A stretch of DNA of 64,000 nt from assembly GCF_964355755.1 (NCBI RefSeq), contig NC_092672.1:16368001-16432000 (forward strand), read 5' to 3'. The translations under genes were made by a program, and so were the position numbers. Below are positions 32,281 through 46,500 of the stretch, piece by piece (position 1 is the first letter of the stretch; each line of letters starts with the position of its first letter). The notes beneath the pieces were generated by a model, which did no database searches, had not been told where the DNA came from, and saw only the letters and a list, made by a program, of their open reading frames with translations. Origin of the DNA: Antedon mediterranea. Its lineage: Eukaryota; Animalia; Echinodermata.

Positions 32281-34598
32281 CACATCCACGTCAAACAGCG
32301 AAAATGGGACATTAAGTGTTCCGAGAGCCGTTTTCATTGTTTAAGTTAGCCGGAGCCTTTTTCGATTGGCTATAAATAGAAAGTTCCCGAGCATTTCGAG
32401 CGACGCGAGTTCTGACTTCCGTGTTTTATAGGCTGTCTAAATTTCCCTTTTAACGGATTTATATTAAATTATATTGTTGTTTGATTTATTTCTGTTTATT
32501 AAGAACATTTATATTAAACAAAAACCACAACAATAGCAATTTTAGTTGATTATGGATTAATTGATTCGAATTCTAAGATAAACGTCTAAGCCAAATGTAA
32601 ACGTAAACAAAGCGAGTCATACGGCGAAAACAAAAAAGTGAAAACTAACTAATCTGTTAAAATAGCTAACATTAATTTGCAATTTTTAAATGAAATTCTG
32701 AAAACGCTATAATATAGTCTTATATGCATTTTCAAAGATTTCCAAATATAAGCTTGGGGTTATTTTTCAAACAAATTCTATAAGGAGTTGAAGATAGTGT
32801 ATTTTGAGCGAAAGTGCGGTGCGCGTAGGCCTAGGAAGACGCGGCAGGGCTGGAATACTCGTTTCCTTAGGCGACGAGAACGTCGGAAGATGCGCTCTAT
32901 CACTGGGCTCTCGATTTTAGTTCTTGTTAAGTGGATGATGCAGAATCTTATAATATGGGCTTATAAATTTTAAAATAAAGTGCTGAACTTTCATTTTTCT
33001 TAAAATTATGAAGATTAGTGTGAAGTGAGGACTGTCTGCATGCCTGAACGGTTGACTTGGTAAAATACTGAAAAATCAGTAAATTAGTTAGGCCTAGCTA
33101 GGCTAATTAATTAATGTACAGTATATAATGTCATTATTTTTATGAATAGAGCTAAACCTACTAGTAGGCTTACTAGTAATCTCATAATAAATCTGTTAAT
33201 GTCACCTGTCACTAACATATGATTTATTTAAGTACAGTATATGCTGAAAATGTTTACTTTTTATCGGAGCTAAAATGAAATTTCATGGTTCCCTGCTTTT
33301 TATTATAATAATGGAGCAATAAATGAAATACAAATACACACCAATTAACATTTTAACTTTTAATATTATCACAAATTTCACCTTAAAAATCAGACAACAA
33401 GTTTTCTACATCAACTTAGCTAACATCTTTTGTACTAAGCCTAATCTTCGAAAAGATTTTCTTTACTGTAGTACTGTAGGCCTATTACCATTATTTATTT
33501 GCCGATTTGAAATGTACATTTAAACTTTATTAAACTACTGCACAACAACCAACCGCCACTTGAACCTTTAAATAAGTAAATTAGGATAAGTTAAAGTTTT
33601 TAAAAAATAAAATGTCTTTTTGGCATGCAATACATCTATAGATATCCATTATTACAGTATTAATAGTGCTTTTTCACATTATATGCCAGAGCAATTAATA
33701 TGACTCATAAGAAATTGTTGTTGATTTAATGCTATTTGTATTGAAGTATGTAGAACAATCCTCTGTGGTCTGTAAAAAAAAAACAACATTCAATTAATAA
33801 TAATCATTATTTAATTATATTTGTATATTTTACTTATTTTCTTAGGCCTAAAAACAACGCGCGCCCGACAATGAACACGCGCCAATAATGCACGCACTAC
33901 CCCACTATAGGCTAAAGCCTGGCTCTCCTACTGTACTACTAGGCCTAGACTATATTGATTTATAAATTAAAAAAAAGAGGCTTTGTAGAGTTTTATGATT
34001 AAAAACAGCTTTCCTATATATTATATGTTGCCCTTATTAATTTACAAAACCACATTTTTTATCTTATGGCGTAAAAAATGATTTTAGCTACAACCATGTG
34101 TTCCATTTTCAATAGTGAAATACCCAAGAAGGCACATGTTTAAGCAGCCATTAAAAAAAAATAAAAAATAACCCCAACGAGATTTTTTTATTAACTACTA
34201 TTGAAAAATCAAATATTCAGAAACTATAAAACCCACCTTCTCAAAAAATTGCGTTGTTTTATTACAGCCTCAACAAATTAGACGAAATTTTAACATTCGA
34301 ATAGCCTAAAATTGTTTAAAAAACATCGGTGTAATTCACCCTTGTTTCACACAAATATAATGGGTTCGTCGATTAAAAAACAATATCACGTGGTTCGTAG
34401 ATGCCTTGTCAAAGGTTTTCATGAATTATTCATTAGTAAATAAAACCAAAAGTTCCAATTGGCCAGTTTGCAAAAACCTAAGATTTACTTTTCAAAACAA
34501 AATTGCTTCCGGGTAATTGTCCACACTGTCTCGTGTGCAAAAACGATTGGCTGCCGATAGAGGGCTCACTACTTTTTGTCCCTGGTGAATCGAGTGTG
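32281..34598. mobile_element. 2318-bp non-autonomous DNA transposon with CACA...TGTG ends (Chapaev/CMC, Transib or RAG-like)
   Basis: Sharp insertion in the satellite: ...CAGCGAGAG|CACATCC ... GAGTGTG|AGAGAGAGATAG. Relative to the empty paralogous site (~29487-29518) there are 4 extra nt (AGAG TSD). Both ends share subterminal GGGACAnnAAGT. Confidence 0.85.
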
Positions 34599-37500
34599 AG
34601 AGAGAGATAGATAGATCAGCGAAAGAGAGAGAGAGAGAGAGATAGATCAGAGAGAGAGAGATAGATCAGAGAGAGAGAGAGAGAGATAGATCAGCGAGAG
34701 AGAGATAGATCAGCGAGAGAGAGATAGATGAGTGAGAGAGAGAGATAGATCAGCGAGAGAGAGATTGATCAGCGAGAGAGAGATAGATCAGCGGGAGAGA
34801 TAGATCAGAGGGAGAGAGATAGATCAGCGAGAGAGAGATAGATAAGCGCGAGAGAGATAGATCAGCGAGAGAGAGATAGATCAGCGAGAGAGAGATAGAT
34901 CAGCGAGAGAGAGATAGATCAGCGAGAGAGAGATAAATCAGCGAGAGAGAGATAGATCAGCGAGAGAGAGATAGATCAGCGAGAGAGATAGAGAGATAGA
35001 TAGATCAGCGACTGAGAGATAGATAGATCAGCGAGAGAGAGATAGATAGATAGATCAGCGAGAGAGAGATAGATAGATCAGCGAGAGAGAGATAGATAGA
35101 TCAGCGAGAGAGAGATAGATAGATCAGCGAGAGAGAGATAGATCAGCGAGAGAGAGATAGATAGATCAGCGAGAGAAAGATAGATCAGCGAGAGAGAGAG
35201 AGATAGATCAGCAAGAGAGAGATAGATCAGCGAGAGATATAGATAGATCAGCGAGAGAGAGATAGATAGATCAGCGAGAGAGAGATAGATAGATCAGCGA
35301 GAGAGAGATAGATCAGCGAGAGATAGATAGATCAGCCAGAAAGAGATAGATCAGCGAGAGAGAGATAGATCAGCGAGAGAGATAGATCAGCGAGAGAGAG
35401 AGATAGATCAGCGAGAGAGATATAGATCAGCGAGAGAGAGATAGATCAGCGAGAGATAGATAGATCAGCGAGAGAGAGATAGATAGATCAGCGAGAGTGA
35501 GATAGATAGATCAGCGAAAGAGAGATAGATCAGCGAGAGAGAGATAGTTAGATCAGCGAGAGATCAACGAGAGAGAGATAGATCAGCGAGAGAGATATAG
35601 ATCAGTGAGAGAGAGAGATAGATCAGCGAGAGATAGATAGATAGATCAGCGAGAGAGAGATAGATAGATCAACGAGAGAGAGATAGATAGATCAGCGAGA
35701 GAGAGATAGATCATGGAGAGAGAGATAGATAGATCAGCGAGAGAGAGAGATAGATAGATCAGCGAGAGAGAGAGATAGATAGATCAGCTAGAGAGAGAGA
35801 GATAGAGATCAGCGAGAGAGAGATAGATAGATCAGCGAGAGAGAGAGAGATAGTTAGATCAGCGAGAGAGAGAGAAAGATCAATGAGAGAGAGATAGATA
35901 GATCAGCGAGAGAGAGAGATAGATCAGAGAGAGAGAGATAGATCAGAGAGAGAGAGAGAGAGATCAGCGAGAGAGAGAGAGATCAGCGAGAGAGAGAGAT
36001 AGATCAGTGAGAGAGAGATAGATCAGCGAGAGAGAGATAGATCAGCGATAGAGAGATAGATCAGCGAGAGAGATAGATCAGCGGGAGAGAGATAGATCAG
36101 CGAGAGAGAGATAGATCAGCGAGAGAGAGATAGATCAGTTAGAGAGATAGATCAGCGAGAGAGAGAGAGAGAGAGATCAGCAAGAGAGAGATAGATCAGC
36201 GAGAGAGATAGATCAGCGAGAGAGAGATAGATCAGCGAGTGAGAGATAGATCAGTGAGAGAGAGATAGATCAGCAAGAGAGAGATAGATCAGCGAGAGAG
36301 AGATAGATCAGCGAGAGAGAGATAGATCAGCGTGAGAGAGATAGATCAGCGAGAGAGAGAGATAGATCAGCGAGAGAGAGATAGATCAGCGAGAGAGAGA
36401 TATATCAGCGAGAGAGAGATAGATCAGCGAGAGAGAGAGAGAGAGATCAGCAAGAGAGAGATAGATCAGCGAGAGAGAGATAGATCAGCGAGAGAGAGAT
36501 AGATCAGCGAGAGAGAGATAGATCAGCGTGAGAGAGATAGATCAGCGAGAGAGAGAGATAGATCAGCGAGAGAGAGATAGATCAGCGAGAGAGAGATATA
36601 TCAGCGAGAGAGAGATAGATCAGCGAGAGAGAGAGAGAGAGATCAGCGAGAGAGAGATAGATCAGCGAGAGAGAGATAGATCAGCGAGAGAGATAGATCA
36701 GCGAGAGATAGATAGATCAGCTAGAGAGAGAGAGATAGAGATCAGCGAGAGAGAGATAGATAGATCAGCGAGAGAGAGAGAGAGAGATAGTTAGATCAGC
36801 GAGAGAGAGAGATAGATCAATGAGAGAGAGATAGATAGATCAGCGAGAGAGAGAGATAGATCAGAGAGAGAGAGATAGATCAGAGAGAGAGAGATAGATC
36901 AGCGAGAGAGAGAGAGAGATCAGCGAGAGAGAGAGATAGATCAGTGAGAGAGAGATAGATCAGCGAGAGAGAGATAGATCAGCGATAGAGAGATAGATCA
37001 GCGAGAGAGATAGATCAGGGGGAGAGAGATAGATCAGCGAGAGAGAGATAGATCAGCGAGAGAGAGATAGATCAGTGAGAGAGATAGATCAGCGAGAGAG
37101 AGAGAGAGAGATCAGCAAGAGAGAGATAGATCAGCGAGAGAGATAGATCAGCGAGAGAGAGATAGATCAGCGAGAGAGAGATAGATCAGTGAGAGAGAGA
37201 TAGATCAGCGAGAGAGAGATAGATCAGCGAGAGAGAGATAGATCAGCGAGAGAGAGATAGATCAGCGAGAGAGAGATAGATCAGCGAGAGAGAGAGATAG
37301 ATCAGCGAGAGAGAGATAGATCAGCGAGAGAGAGATATATCAGCGAGAGAGAGATAGATCAGCGAGAGAGAGAGATAGATCAGCGAGAGAGAGATAGATC
37401 AGCGAGAGAGAGATAGATCAGCGAGAGAGATAGATCAGCGAGAGAGAGATAGATCAGCGAGAGAGAGAGATAGATAAGCGAGAGAGAGATAGATCAGCGA

Positions 37501-40500
37501 GAGAGAGATAGATCAGCGAGAGAGAGAGAGATAGATCAGCGAGAGAGAGATAGATCAGCGAGAGAGAGATAGATCAGCGAGAGAGAGATAGATCAGCGAG
37601 AGAGAGATAGATCCGCGAGAGAGAGATAGATCAGCGAGAGAGAGAGATAGATCAGCGATAGAGAGGATAGATCAGCGAGAGAGAGAGATAGATCAGCGAG
37701 AGAGAGATTGATCAGCGAGAGAGAGATAGATCAGCGAGAGAGAGATAGATCAGCGAGAGAGAGATAGATCAGCGAGAGAGAGATAGATCAGTGATAGAGA
37801 GATAGATCAGCGAGAGAGAGATAGATCAGCGAGAGAGAGATAGATCAGCGAGAGGGAGATAGATCAGCGAGAGAGAGATATATCAACGAGAGAGAGAGAT
37901 ATATTTCAGCGAGAGAGAGAGATAGATCAGCGAGAGAGAGATAGATCAGCGAGAGAGAGATAGATCAGCGAGAGAGATAGATCAGCGAGAGAGAGATAGA
38001 TCAGCGAGAGAGAGAGATAGATAAGCGAGAGAGAGATAGATCAGCGAGAGAGAGATAGATCAGCGAGAGAGAGAGAGATAGATCAGCGAGAGAGAGATAG
38101 ATCAGCGAGAGAGAGATAGATCAGCGAGAGAGAGATAGATCAGCGAGAGAGAGATAGATCCGCGAGAGAGAGATAGATCAGCGAGAGAGAGAGATAGATC
38201 AGCGATAGAGAGGATAGATCAGCGAGAGAGAGAGATAGATCAGCGAGAGAGAGATTGATCAGCGAGAGAGAGATAGATCAGCGAGAGAGAGATAGATCAG
38301 CGAGAGAGAGATAGATCAGCGAGAGAGAGATAGATCAGTGATAGAGAGATAGATCAGCGAGAGAGAGATAGATCAGCGAGAGAGAGATAGATCAGCGAGA
38401 GGGAGATAGATCAGCGAGAGAGAGATATATCAACGAGAGAGAGAGATATATTTCAGCGAGAGAGAGATATATCAGCGAGAGAGAGATAGATCAGCGAGAG
38501 AGAGATAGATCAGCGAGAGAGAGATAGATCAGCGAGAGAGAGATAGATCAGCGAGAGAGAGATAGATCAGCGAGAGGGAGAGAGATAGATCGGCGAGCGA
38601 GAAGACAGATCAGCGAGAGAGAGACAGATCAGTGAGAGAGAGATAGATCAGCGAGAGAGAGATTGATCAGCGAGAGAGAGATAGATCAGCGAGAGAGAGA
38701 TAGATCAGCGAGAGAGATAGATCAGCGAGAGAGAGAGATAGATCAGCGACAGAGAGATAGATCAGCGAGAGAGATAGATCAGCGAGAGAGAGATAGATCA
38801 GCGAGAGAGAGATAGATCAGCGAGAGAGAGATAGATCAGCGAGAGAGATAGATCAGCCAGAGGGAGATAGATCAGCCAGAGAGAGATAGATCAGCGTGAG
38901 AGAGATAGATCAGCGAGAGAGAGATAGATCAGCGAGAGAGAGAGATAGATCAGCGAGAGATATAGATCAGCGAGAGAGAGATAGATCAGCGAGAGAGAGA
39001 TAGATCAGCGAGAGAGAGATAGATCAGCGAGAGCGAGAGATAGATAGATCAGCGAGAGAGAAATAGATCAGCGAGAGAGAGATAGATCAGCGAGAGAGAG
39101 ATAGATCAGGGACAGAGAGATAGATAGATCAGCGAGAGAGAGATAGATCTGCGAGAGAGAGATAGATAGATCAGCGAGAGAGATATAGATCAGCGAGAGA
39201 GAGAGAGATAGATAGATCAGCGAGAGAGAGATTGATCAGCGAGAGAGAGATAGATAGATCAGCGAGAGAGAGATAGATCAGCGAGAGAGAGATAGATAGA
39301 TCAGCGAGAGAGAGATAGATCAGCGAGAGAGATATATATCAGCGAGAGAGAGATAGATCAGCGAGAGAGAGATAGATCAGCGAGAGAGAGAGAGAGAGAT
39401 AGATCAGCGAGAGAGAGATAGATCAGCGAGAGAGAGATAGATAGATCAGCGAGAGAGAGAGATAGATCAGCGAGAGAGAGATAGATAGATCAGCGAGAGA
39501 GAGAGATAGATAAGCGAGAGAGAGATATATAGATCAGCGAGAGAGAGATAGATTAGCGAGAGAGAGATTGATCAGCGAGAGAGAGGTAGATCAGCGAGAG
39601 AGAGATAGATCAGCGAGAGAGAGATAGATCAGCGAGAGAGAGATAGATAGATCAGCGAGAGAGAGAGATAGATCAGCGAAAGAGAGATAGATAGATCAGC
39701 GAGAGAGAGAGAGATAGATAAGCGAGAGAGAGATATATAGATCAGCGAGAGAGAGAAAGATCAGCGAGAGAGAGATTAATCAGCGAGAGAGAGGTAGATC
39801 AGCGAGAGAGAGATAGATCAGCGAGAGAGAGATAGATCAGCGAGAGAGAAATAGATCAGCGAGAAAGAGATAGATCAGCGAGAGAGATAGATCAGCGAGA
39901 GAGATAGATCAGTGAAAGAGAGATAGATCAGCGAGAGAGAGATAGATCAGCGAGAGAGAGATAGATCAGCCAGAGGGAGATAGATCAGCCAGAGAGAGAT
40001 AGATCAGCGTGAGAGAGATAGATCAGCGAGAGAGAGATAGATCAGCGAGAGAAAGAGATAGATCAGCAAGAGAGAGATAGATCAGCGAGAGACAGATAGA
40101 TCAGCGAGAGAGAGAGATAGATCAGCGAGAGGGTGATAGATCAGCGAGAGCGAGAGATAGATAGATCAGCGAGATAGAGATAGATCAGCGAGAGAGAGAG
40201 ATAGATCAGCGAGAGAGAGATAGATCAGGGACAGAGAGATAGATAGATCAGCGAGAGAGAGATAGATCTGCGAGAGAGAGATAGATAGATCAGCGAGAGA
40301 GATATAGATCAGCGTCAGAGATAGATAGGTCAGCGAGAGAGAGAGATAGATCAGCGAGAGAGAGAGAGATAGATAGATCAGCGAGAGAGAGATAGATCAG
40401 CGAGAGAGAGATAGATCAGAGAGAGAGAGAGATAGATCAGGGAGAGAGAGATATATATATCAGCGAGAGAGATAGATCAGCGAGAGAGAGATAGATCAGC

Positions 40501-43500
40501 GAGAGAGAGAGATAGATCAGCGAGAGAGAGATAGATCAGCGAGAGAGAGATAGATAGATCAGCGAGAGAGAACGAGATTGATCAGCGAGAGAGAGATAGA
40601 TAGATCAGCGAGAGAGAGAGATAGATCAGCGAGAGAGAGATAGATAGATCAGCGAGAGAGAGATAGATTAGCGAGAGAGAGATAGATAGATCAGCGAGAG
40701 AGAGAGATAGATCAGCGAGAGAGAGAGATAGATCAGCGAGAGAGAGAGAGAGAGAGATAAATCAGCGAGAGATAGATAGATAGATCAGCGAGAGAGAGAT
40801 AGATCAGCGACAGAGAGATAGATAGATCAGCGAGAGAGAGATAGATCAGCGAGAGAGAGAGATAGATCAGCGAGAAAGAGATAGATCAGCGACAGAGATA
40901 TAGATCAGCGAGAGAGATAGATCAGCGATAGAGAGATAGATCAGCGAGAGAGAGAGATAGATCAGCGAGAGAGAGAGAGATAGATCAACGAGAGAGAGGT
41001 AGATCATCGAGCGAGAGATAGAACAGCGAGAGAGAGTTAGATCAGCGAGAGAGAGAGATATATCAGCGACAGAGAGATAGATCAGCGAGAGATAGATCAG
41101 CGAGAGAGAGAGATAGATCAGCGAGAGAGAGATAGATCAGCGAGAGAGAGAGAGATAGATAGATCAGCGAGAAAGAGAGATAGATCGGCGAGAGAGAGAT
41201 AGATAGATCAGCGAGAGAGAGATAGATCAGCGACAGAGAGATAGATAGATAAGCGAGAGAGAGATAGATCAGCGAGAGAGAGAGATAGATAGATCAGCGA
41301 GAGAGAGATAGATCAGCGACAGAGAGATAGATCAGCGAGAGAGATAGATCAGCGAGAGAGAGATAGATCAGCGAGAGAGAGATAGATCAGCGAGAGAGAG
41401 GTAGATCAGCGAGCGAGAGATAGATCAGCGAGAGAGAGATAGATCAGCGAGAGAGAGATAGATCAGCGAGAGAGAGAGATAGATCAGTGAGAGAGAGATA
41501 GATCAGCGAGAGCGAGAGATAGATCAGCGAGAGAGAGATAGATCAGCGAGAGAGAGAGATAGATAGATCAGTGAGAGAGAGATAGATCAGCGAGAGAGAG
41601 ATAGATAGATCAGCGAGAGAGAGAGATAGATCAGCGACAGAGAGATAGATAGATCAGCGAGAGAGAGATAGATCAGCGAGAGAGAGATAGATAGATCAGC
41701 GAGAGAGATATAGATCAGCGACATAGAGATAGATCAGCGAGAGAGATAGATCAGCGCGAGAGATAGATCAGCGAGAGAGAGATAGATCAACGAGAGAGAG
41801 ATAGATCAGCGAGAGAGATAGATCAGCCAGAGAGAGATAGATCAGCGAGAGAGAGAGAGAGATAGATCAGCGAGAGAGAGATAGATCAGCGAGAGAGAGA
41901 TAGATCAGCGAGAGAGAGATAGATCAGTGAGAGAGAGATAGATCAGCGAGAGAGAGATAGATCAGCGAGAGAGAGAGAGATCAGCGAGAGAGATAGATCA
42001 GCGAGAGAGAGATATATCAGCGAGAGAGAGATAGATCAGCGAGAGAGATAGATCAGCGAGAGAGAAATAGATCAGCGAGAGAGAGATAGATCAGCGAGAG
42101 AGAGAGAGATAGATAGATCAGCAAAAGAGAGAGAGATAGATAGATAAGCGAGAGAGAGAGATAGATAGATCAGCGAGAGAGAGAGAGAGAGATCAGCGAG
42201 AGAGAGATAGATAGATCAGCGAGAGAGAGAGATAGTTAGATCAGCGAGAGAGAGAGATAGATCAGCGAGAGAGAGATAGATATATCAGCGAGAGAGAGAG
42301 AGAGAGAGCGATAGATCAGAGAGAGAGAGAGAGATAGATCAGCGAGAGATAGAGATAGATAGATCAGCGAGAGAGAGAGAGAGATCAGCGAGAGAGAGAT
42401 AGATAGATCAGCGAGAGAGAGAGAGATAGTTAGATCAGCGAGAGAAAGAGAGATAGATCAGCGAGAGAGAGAGAGATAGATAGATCAGCGAGAGAGAAAT
42501 AGATCAGAGAGAGAGAGAGAGATAGATCAGAGAGAGAGAGATAGATCAGCGAGAGAGAGATAGATCAGCGAGAGAGAGATAGATCAGTGAGAGAGAGATA
42601 GATCAGCGAGAGAGAGATAGATCAGCGAGTGAGAGATAGATCAGCGAGAGAGAGATAGATCAGCGAGAGAGAGATAGATCAGCGAGAGAGAGAGATAGAT
42701 CAGCGGGAGAGATAGATCAGCGAGAGAGTGATAGATCAGCGAGAGAGAGAGATCAGCGAGAGAGAGATAGATCAGCGAGAGAGATAGATCAGCGGGAGAG
42801 AGATAGATCAGCGAGAGAGAGAGATAGATGAGCGAGAGAGAGATAGATATATCAGCGAGAGATAGATAGATCAGCGAGAGAGAGATAGATAGATCAGCGA
42901 GAGAGAGATAGATCAGCGAGAGAGAGATAGATAGATCAACGAGAGAGAGATAGATCAGCGAGAGAGAGATAGATAGATCAGCGAGAGAAAGATAGATCAG
43001 CGAGAGAGAGAGAGATAGATAGATCAGCGAGAGAGAGATAGATCAGCGAGAGATAGATAGATCAGCCAGAGAGAGATAGATCAGCGAGAGAGAGATAGAT
43101 CAGCGAGAGAAAGATAGATCAGCGAGAGAGAGATAGATCAGCGAGAGAGAGATATATCAGCGAGAGAGAGATAGATCAGCGAGAGAGAGATAGATCAGCG
43201 AGAGAGATAGATCAGCGACAGAGAGATAGATCAGCGAGAGAGAGAGAGATATATAGGCGGGAGAGAGATATATCAGCGAGAGAGAGATAGATCAGCGAGA
43301 GAGATAGATCAGCGAGAGAGATAGATCAGCGTGAAAGATATAGATCAGCGAGAGAGAGATAGATCAGCGAGAGAGAGATAGATCAGCGAGAGAGATAGAT
43401 AGATTAGCGAGAGAGATAGATCAGCGAGGGAGAGATAGATCAGCGAGAGAGAGATAGATCAGCGAGAGAGAGATAGATCAGCGAGAAAGAGATAGATCAG

Positions 43501-46500
43501 CGAGAGAGAGATAGATCAGCGAGAGAGAGATAGATCAGCAAGAGAGAGATAGATCAGCGGGAGAGAGATAGATCAGCTCGAGAGAGATAGGTCAGCGAGA
43601 GAGAGAGAGATAGATCAGCGAGAGATAGATAGATCAGCGAGAGAGATAGATCAGCGAGAGAGAGATAGATCAGGGAGAGAGAGATAGATCAGCGAGAGAG
43701 AGATAGATCAGCGAGAGAGAGATAGATCAGCGAGAGAGAGATAGATCAGCGAGAGAGAGAGATAGATCAGCGAGAGAGAGAGATAGATCAGCGAGAGAGA
43801 TAGATCAGCGAGAGAGATAGATCAGCGAGAGAGAGATAGATCAGCGAGAGAGAAATAGATCAGCGAGAGAGAGATAGATCAGCGAGAGAGAGATATATCA
43901 GCGAGAGAGAGATAGATCAGCGAGAGAGAGATAGATCAGCTTGAGAGAGATAGATCAGCCAGAGAGAGATAGATAGATCAGCGAGAGAGATAGAGAGAGA
44001 TAGATCAGCGAGAGAGAGATAGATCAGCGAGAGAGAGAGATAGATCAGCGAGAGAGAGATAGATCAGCGTGAGAGAGATATATCAGCGAGAGAGAGATAG
44101 ATCAGGGAGAGAGAGATAGATCAGCGAGAGAGAAAGAGAGAGATAGATCAGCGAGAGAGAGATAGATTAGCGAGAGAGAGATAGATAGATCAACGAGAGA
44201 GAGATAGATCAGCAAGAAAGAGATAGATCAGCGAGAGAAAGATAGATCAGCGAGAGAGAGATTGATCAGCGAGAGAGAGATAGATCAGCGAGAGAGAGAT
44301 AGATCAGCGAGAGAGAGATTGATCAGCGAGAGAGAGATAGATCAGCGAGAGAGAGATAGATCAGCGAGAGAGAGATAGATCAGCGAGAGAGAGATAGATC
44401 AGTGATAGAGAGATAGATCAGCGAGAGAGAGATAGATCAGCGAGAGAGAGATAGATCAGCGAGAGGGAGATAGATCAGCGAGAGAGAGATATATCAACGA
44501 GAGAGAGAGATATATTTCAGCGAGAGAGAGATATATCAGCGAGAGAGAGATAGATCAGCGAGAGAGAGATAGATCAGCGAGAGAGAGATAGATCAGCGAG
44601 AGAGAGATAGATCAGCGAGAGAGAGATAGATCAGCGAGAGGGAGAGAGATAGATCGGCGAGCGAGAAGATAGATCAGCGAGAGAGAGACAGATCAGTGAG
44701 AGAGAGATAGATCAGCGAGAGAGAGATTGATCAGCGAGAGAGAGATAGATCAGCGAGAGAGAGATAGATCAGCGAGAGAGATAGATCAGCGAGAGAGAGA
44801 GATAGATCAGCGACAGAGAGATAGATCAGCGAGAGAGATAGATCAGCGAGAGAGAGATAGATCAGCGAGAGAGAGATAGATCAGCGAGAGAGAGATAGAT
44901 CAGCGAGAGAGATAGATCAGCCAGAGGGAGATAGATCAGCCAGAGAGAGATAGATCAGCGTGAGAGAGATAGATCAGCGAGAGAGAGATAGATCAGCGAG
45001 AGAGAGATAGATCAGCGAGAGATATAGATCAGCGAGAGAGAGATAGATCAGCGAGAGAGAGATAGATCAGCGAGAGCGAGAGATAGATAGATCAGCGAGA
45101 GAGAAATAGATCAGCGAGAGAGAGATAGATCAGTGAGAGAGAGATAGATCAGGGACAGAGAGATAGATAGATCAGCGAGAGAGAGATAGATCTGCGAGAG
45201 AGAGATAGATAGATCAGCGAGAGAGATATAGATCAGCGAGAGAGAGAGAGATAGATAGATCAGCGAGAGAGAGATTGATCAGCGAGAGAGAGATAGATAG
45301 ATCAGCGAGAGAGAGATAGATCAGCGAGAGAGAGATAGATAGATCAGCGAGAGAGAGATAGATCAGCGAGAGAGATATATATCAGCGAGAGAGAGATAGA
45401 TCAGCGAGAGAGAGATAGATCAGCGAGAGATAGAGAGAGATAGATCAGCGAGAGAGAGATAGATCAGCGAGAGAGAGAGAGATAGATCAGCGAGAGAGAG
45501 AGATAGATCAGCGAGAGAGAGATAGATAGATCAGCGAGAGAGAGAGATAGATAAGCGAGAGAGAGATATATAGATCAGCGAGAGAGAGATAGATTAGCGA
45601 GAGAGAGATTGATCAGCGAGAGAGAGGTAGATCAGCGAGAGAGAGATAGATCAGCGAGAGAGAGATAGATCAGCGAGAGAGAGATAGATAGATCAGCGAG
45701 AGAGAGAGATAGATCAGCGAAAGAGAGATAGATAGATCAGCGAGAGAGAGAGAGATAGATAAGCGAGAGAGAGATATATAGATCAGCGAGAGAGAGAAAG
45801 ATCAGCGAGAGAGAGATTAATCAGCGAGAGAGAGGTAGATCAGCGAGAGAGAGATAGATCAGCGAGAGAGAGATAGATCAGCGAGAGAGAAATAGATCAG
45901 CGAGAAAGAGATAGATCAGCGAGAGAGATAGATCAGCGAGAGAGATAGATCAGTGAAAGAGAGATAGATCAGCGAGAGAGAGATAGATCAGCGAGAGAGA
46001 GATAGATCAGCCAGAGGGAGATAGATCAGCCAGAGAGAGATAGATCAGCGTGAGAGAGATAGATCAGCGAGAGAGAGATAGATCAGCGAGAGAAAGAGAT
46101 AGATCAGCAAGAGAGAGATAGATCAGCGAGAGACAGATAGATCAGCGAGAGAGAGAGATAGATCAGCGAGAGGGTGATAGATCAGCGAGAGCGAGAGATA
46201 GATAGATCAGCGAGATAGAGATAGATCAGCGAGAGAGAGAGATAGATCAGCGAGAGAGAGATAGATCAGGGACAGAGAGATAGATAGATCAGCGAGAGAG
46301 AGATAGATCTGCGAGAGAGAGATAGATAGATCAGCGAGAGAGATATAGATCAGCGTCAGAGATAGATAGGTCAGCGAGAGAGAGAGATAGATCAGCGAGA
46401 GAGAGAGAGAGATAGATAGATCAGCGAGAGAGAGATAGATCAGCGAGAGAGAGATAGATCAGAGAGAGAGAGAGATAGATCAGGGAGAGAGAGATATATA

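Noticed and set aside
32788-33523. ORFs inside the CACA element as RAG/transposase remnants
   Set aside because: Short, with no recognisable RAG1, RAG2, Transib or Chapaev motifs
36528-36794. Arg/Glu-rich ORF, and the Ser/Leu-rich ORF at 24456-24710
   Set aside because: Chance open frames in the satellite
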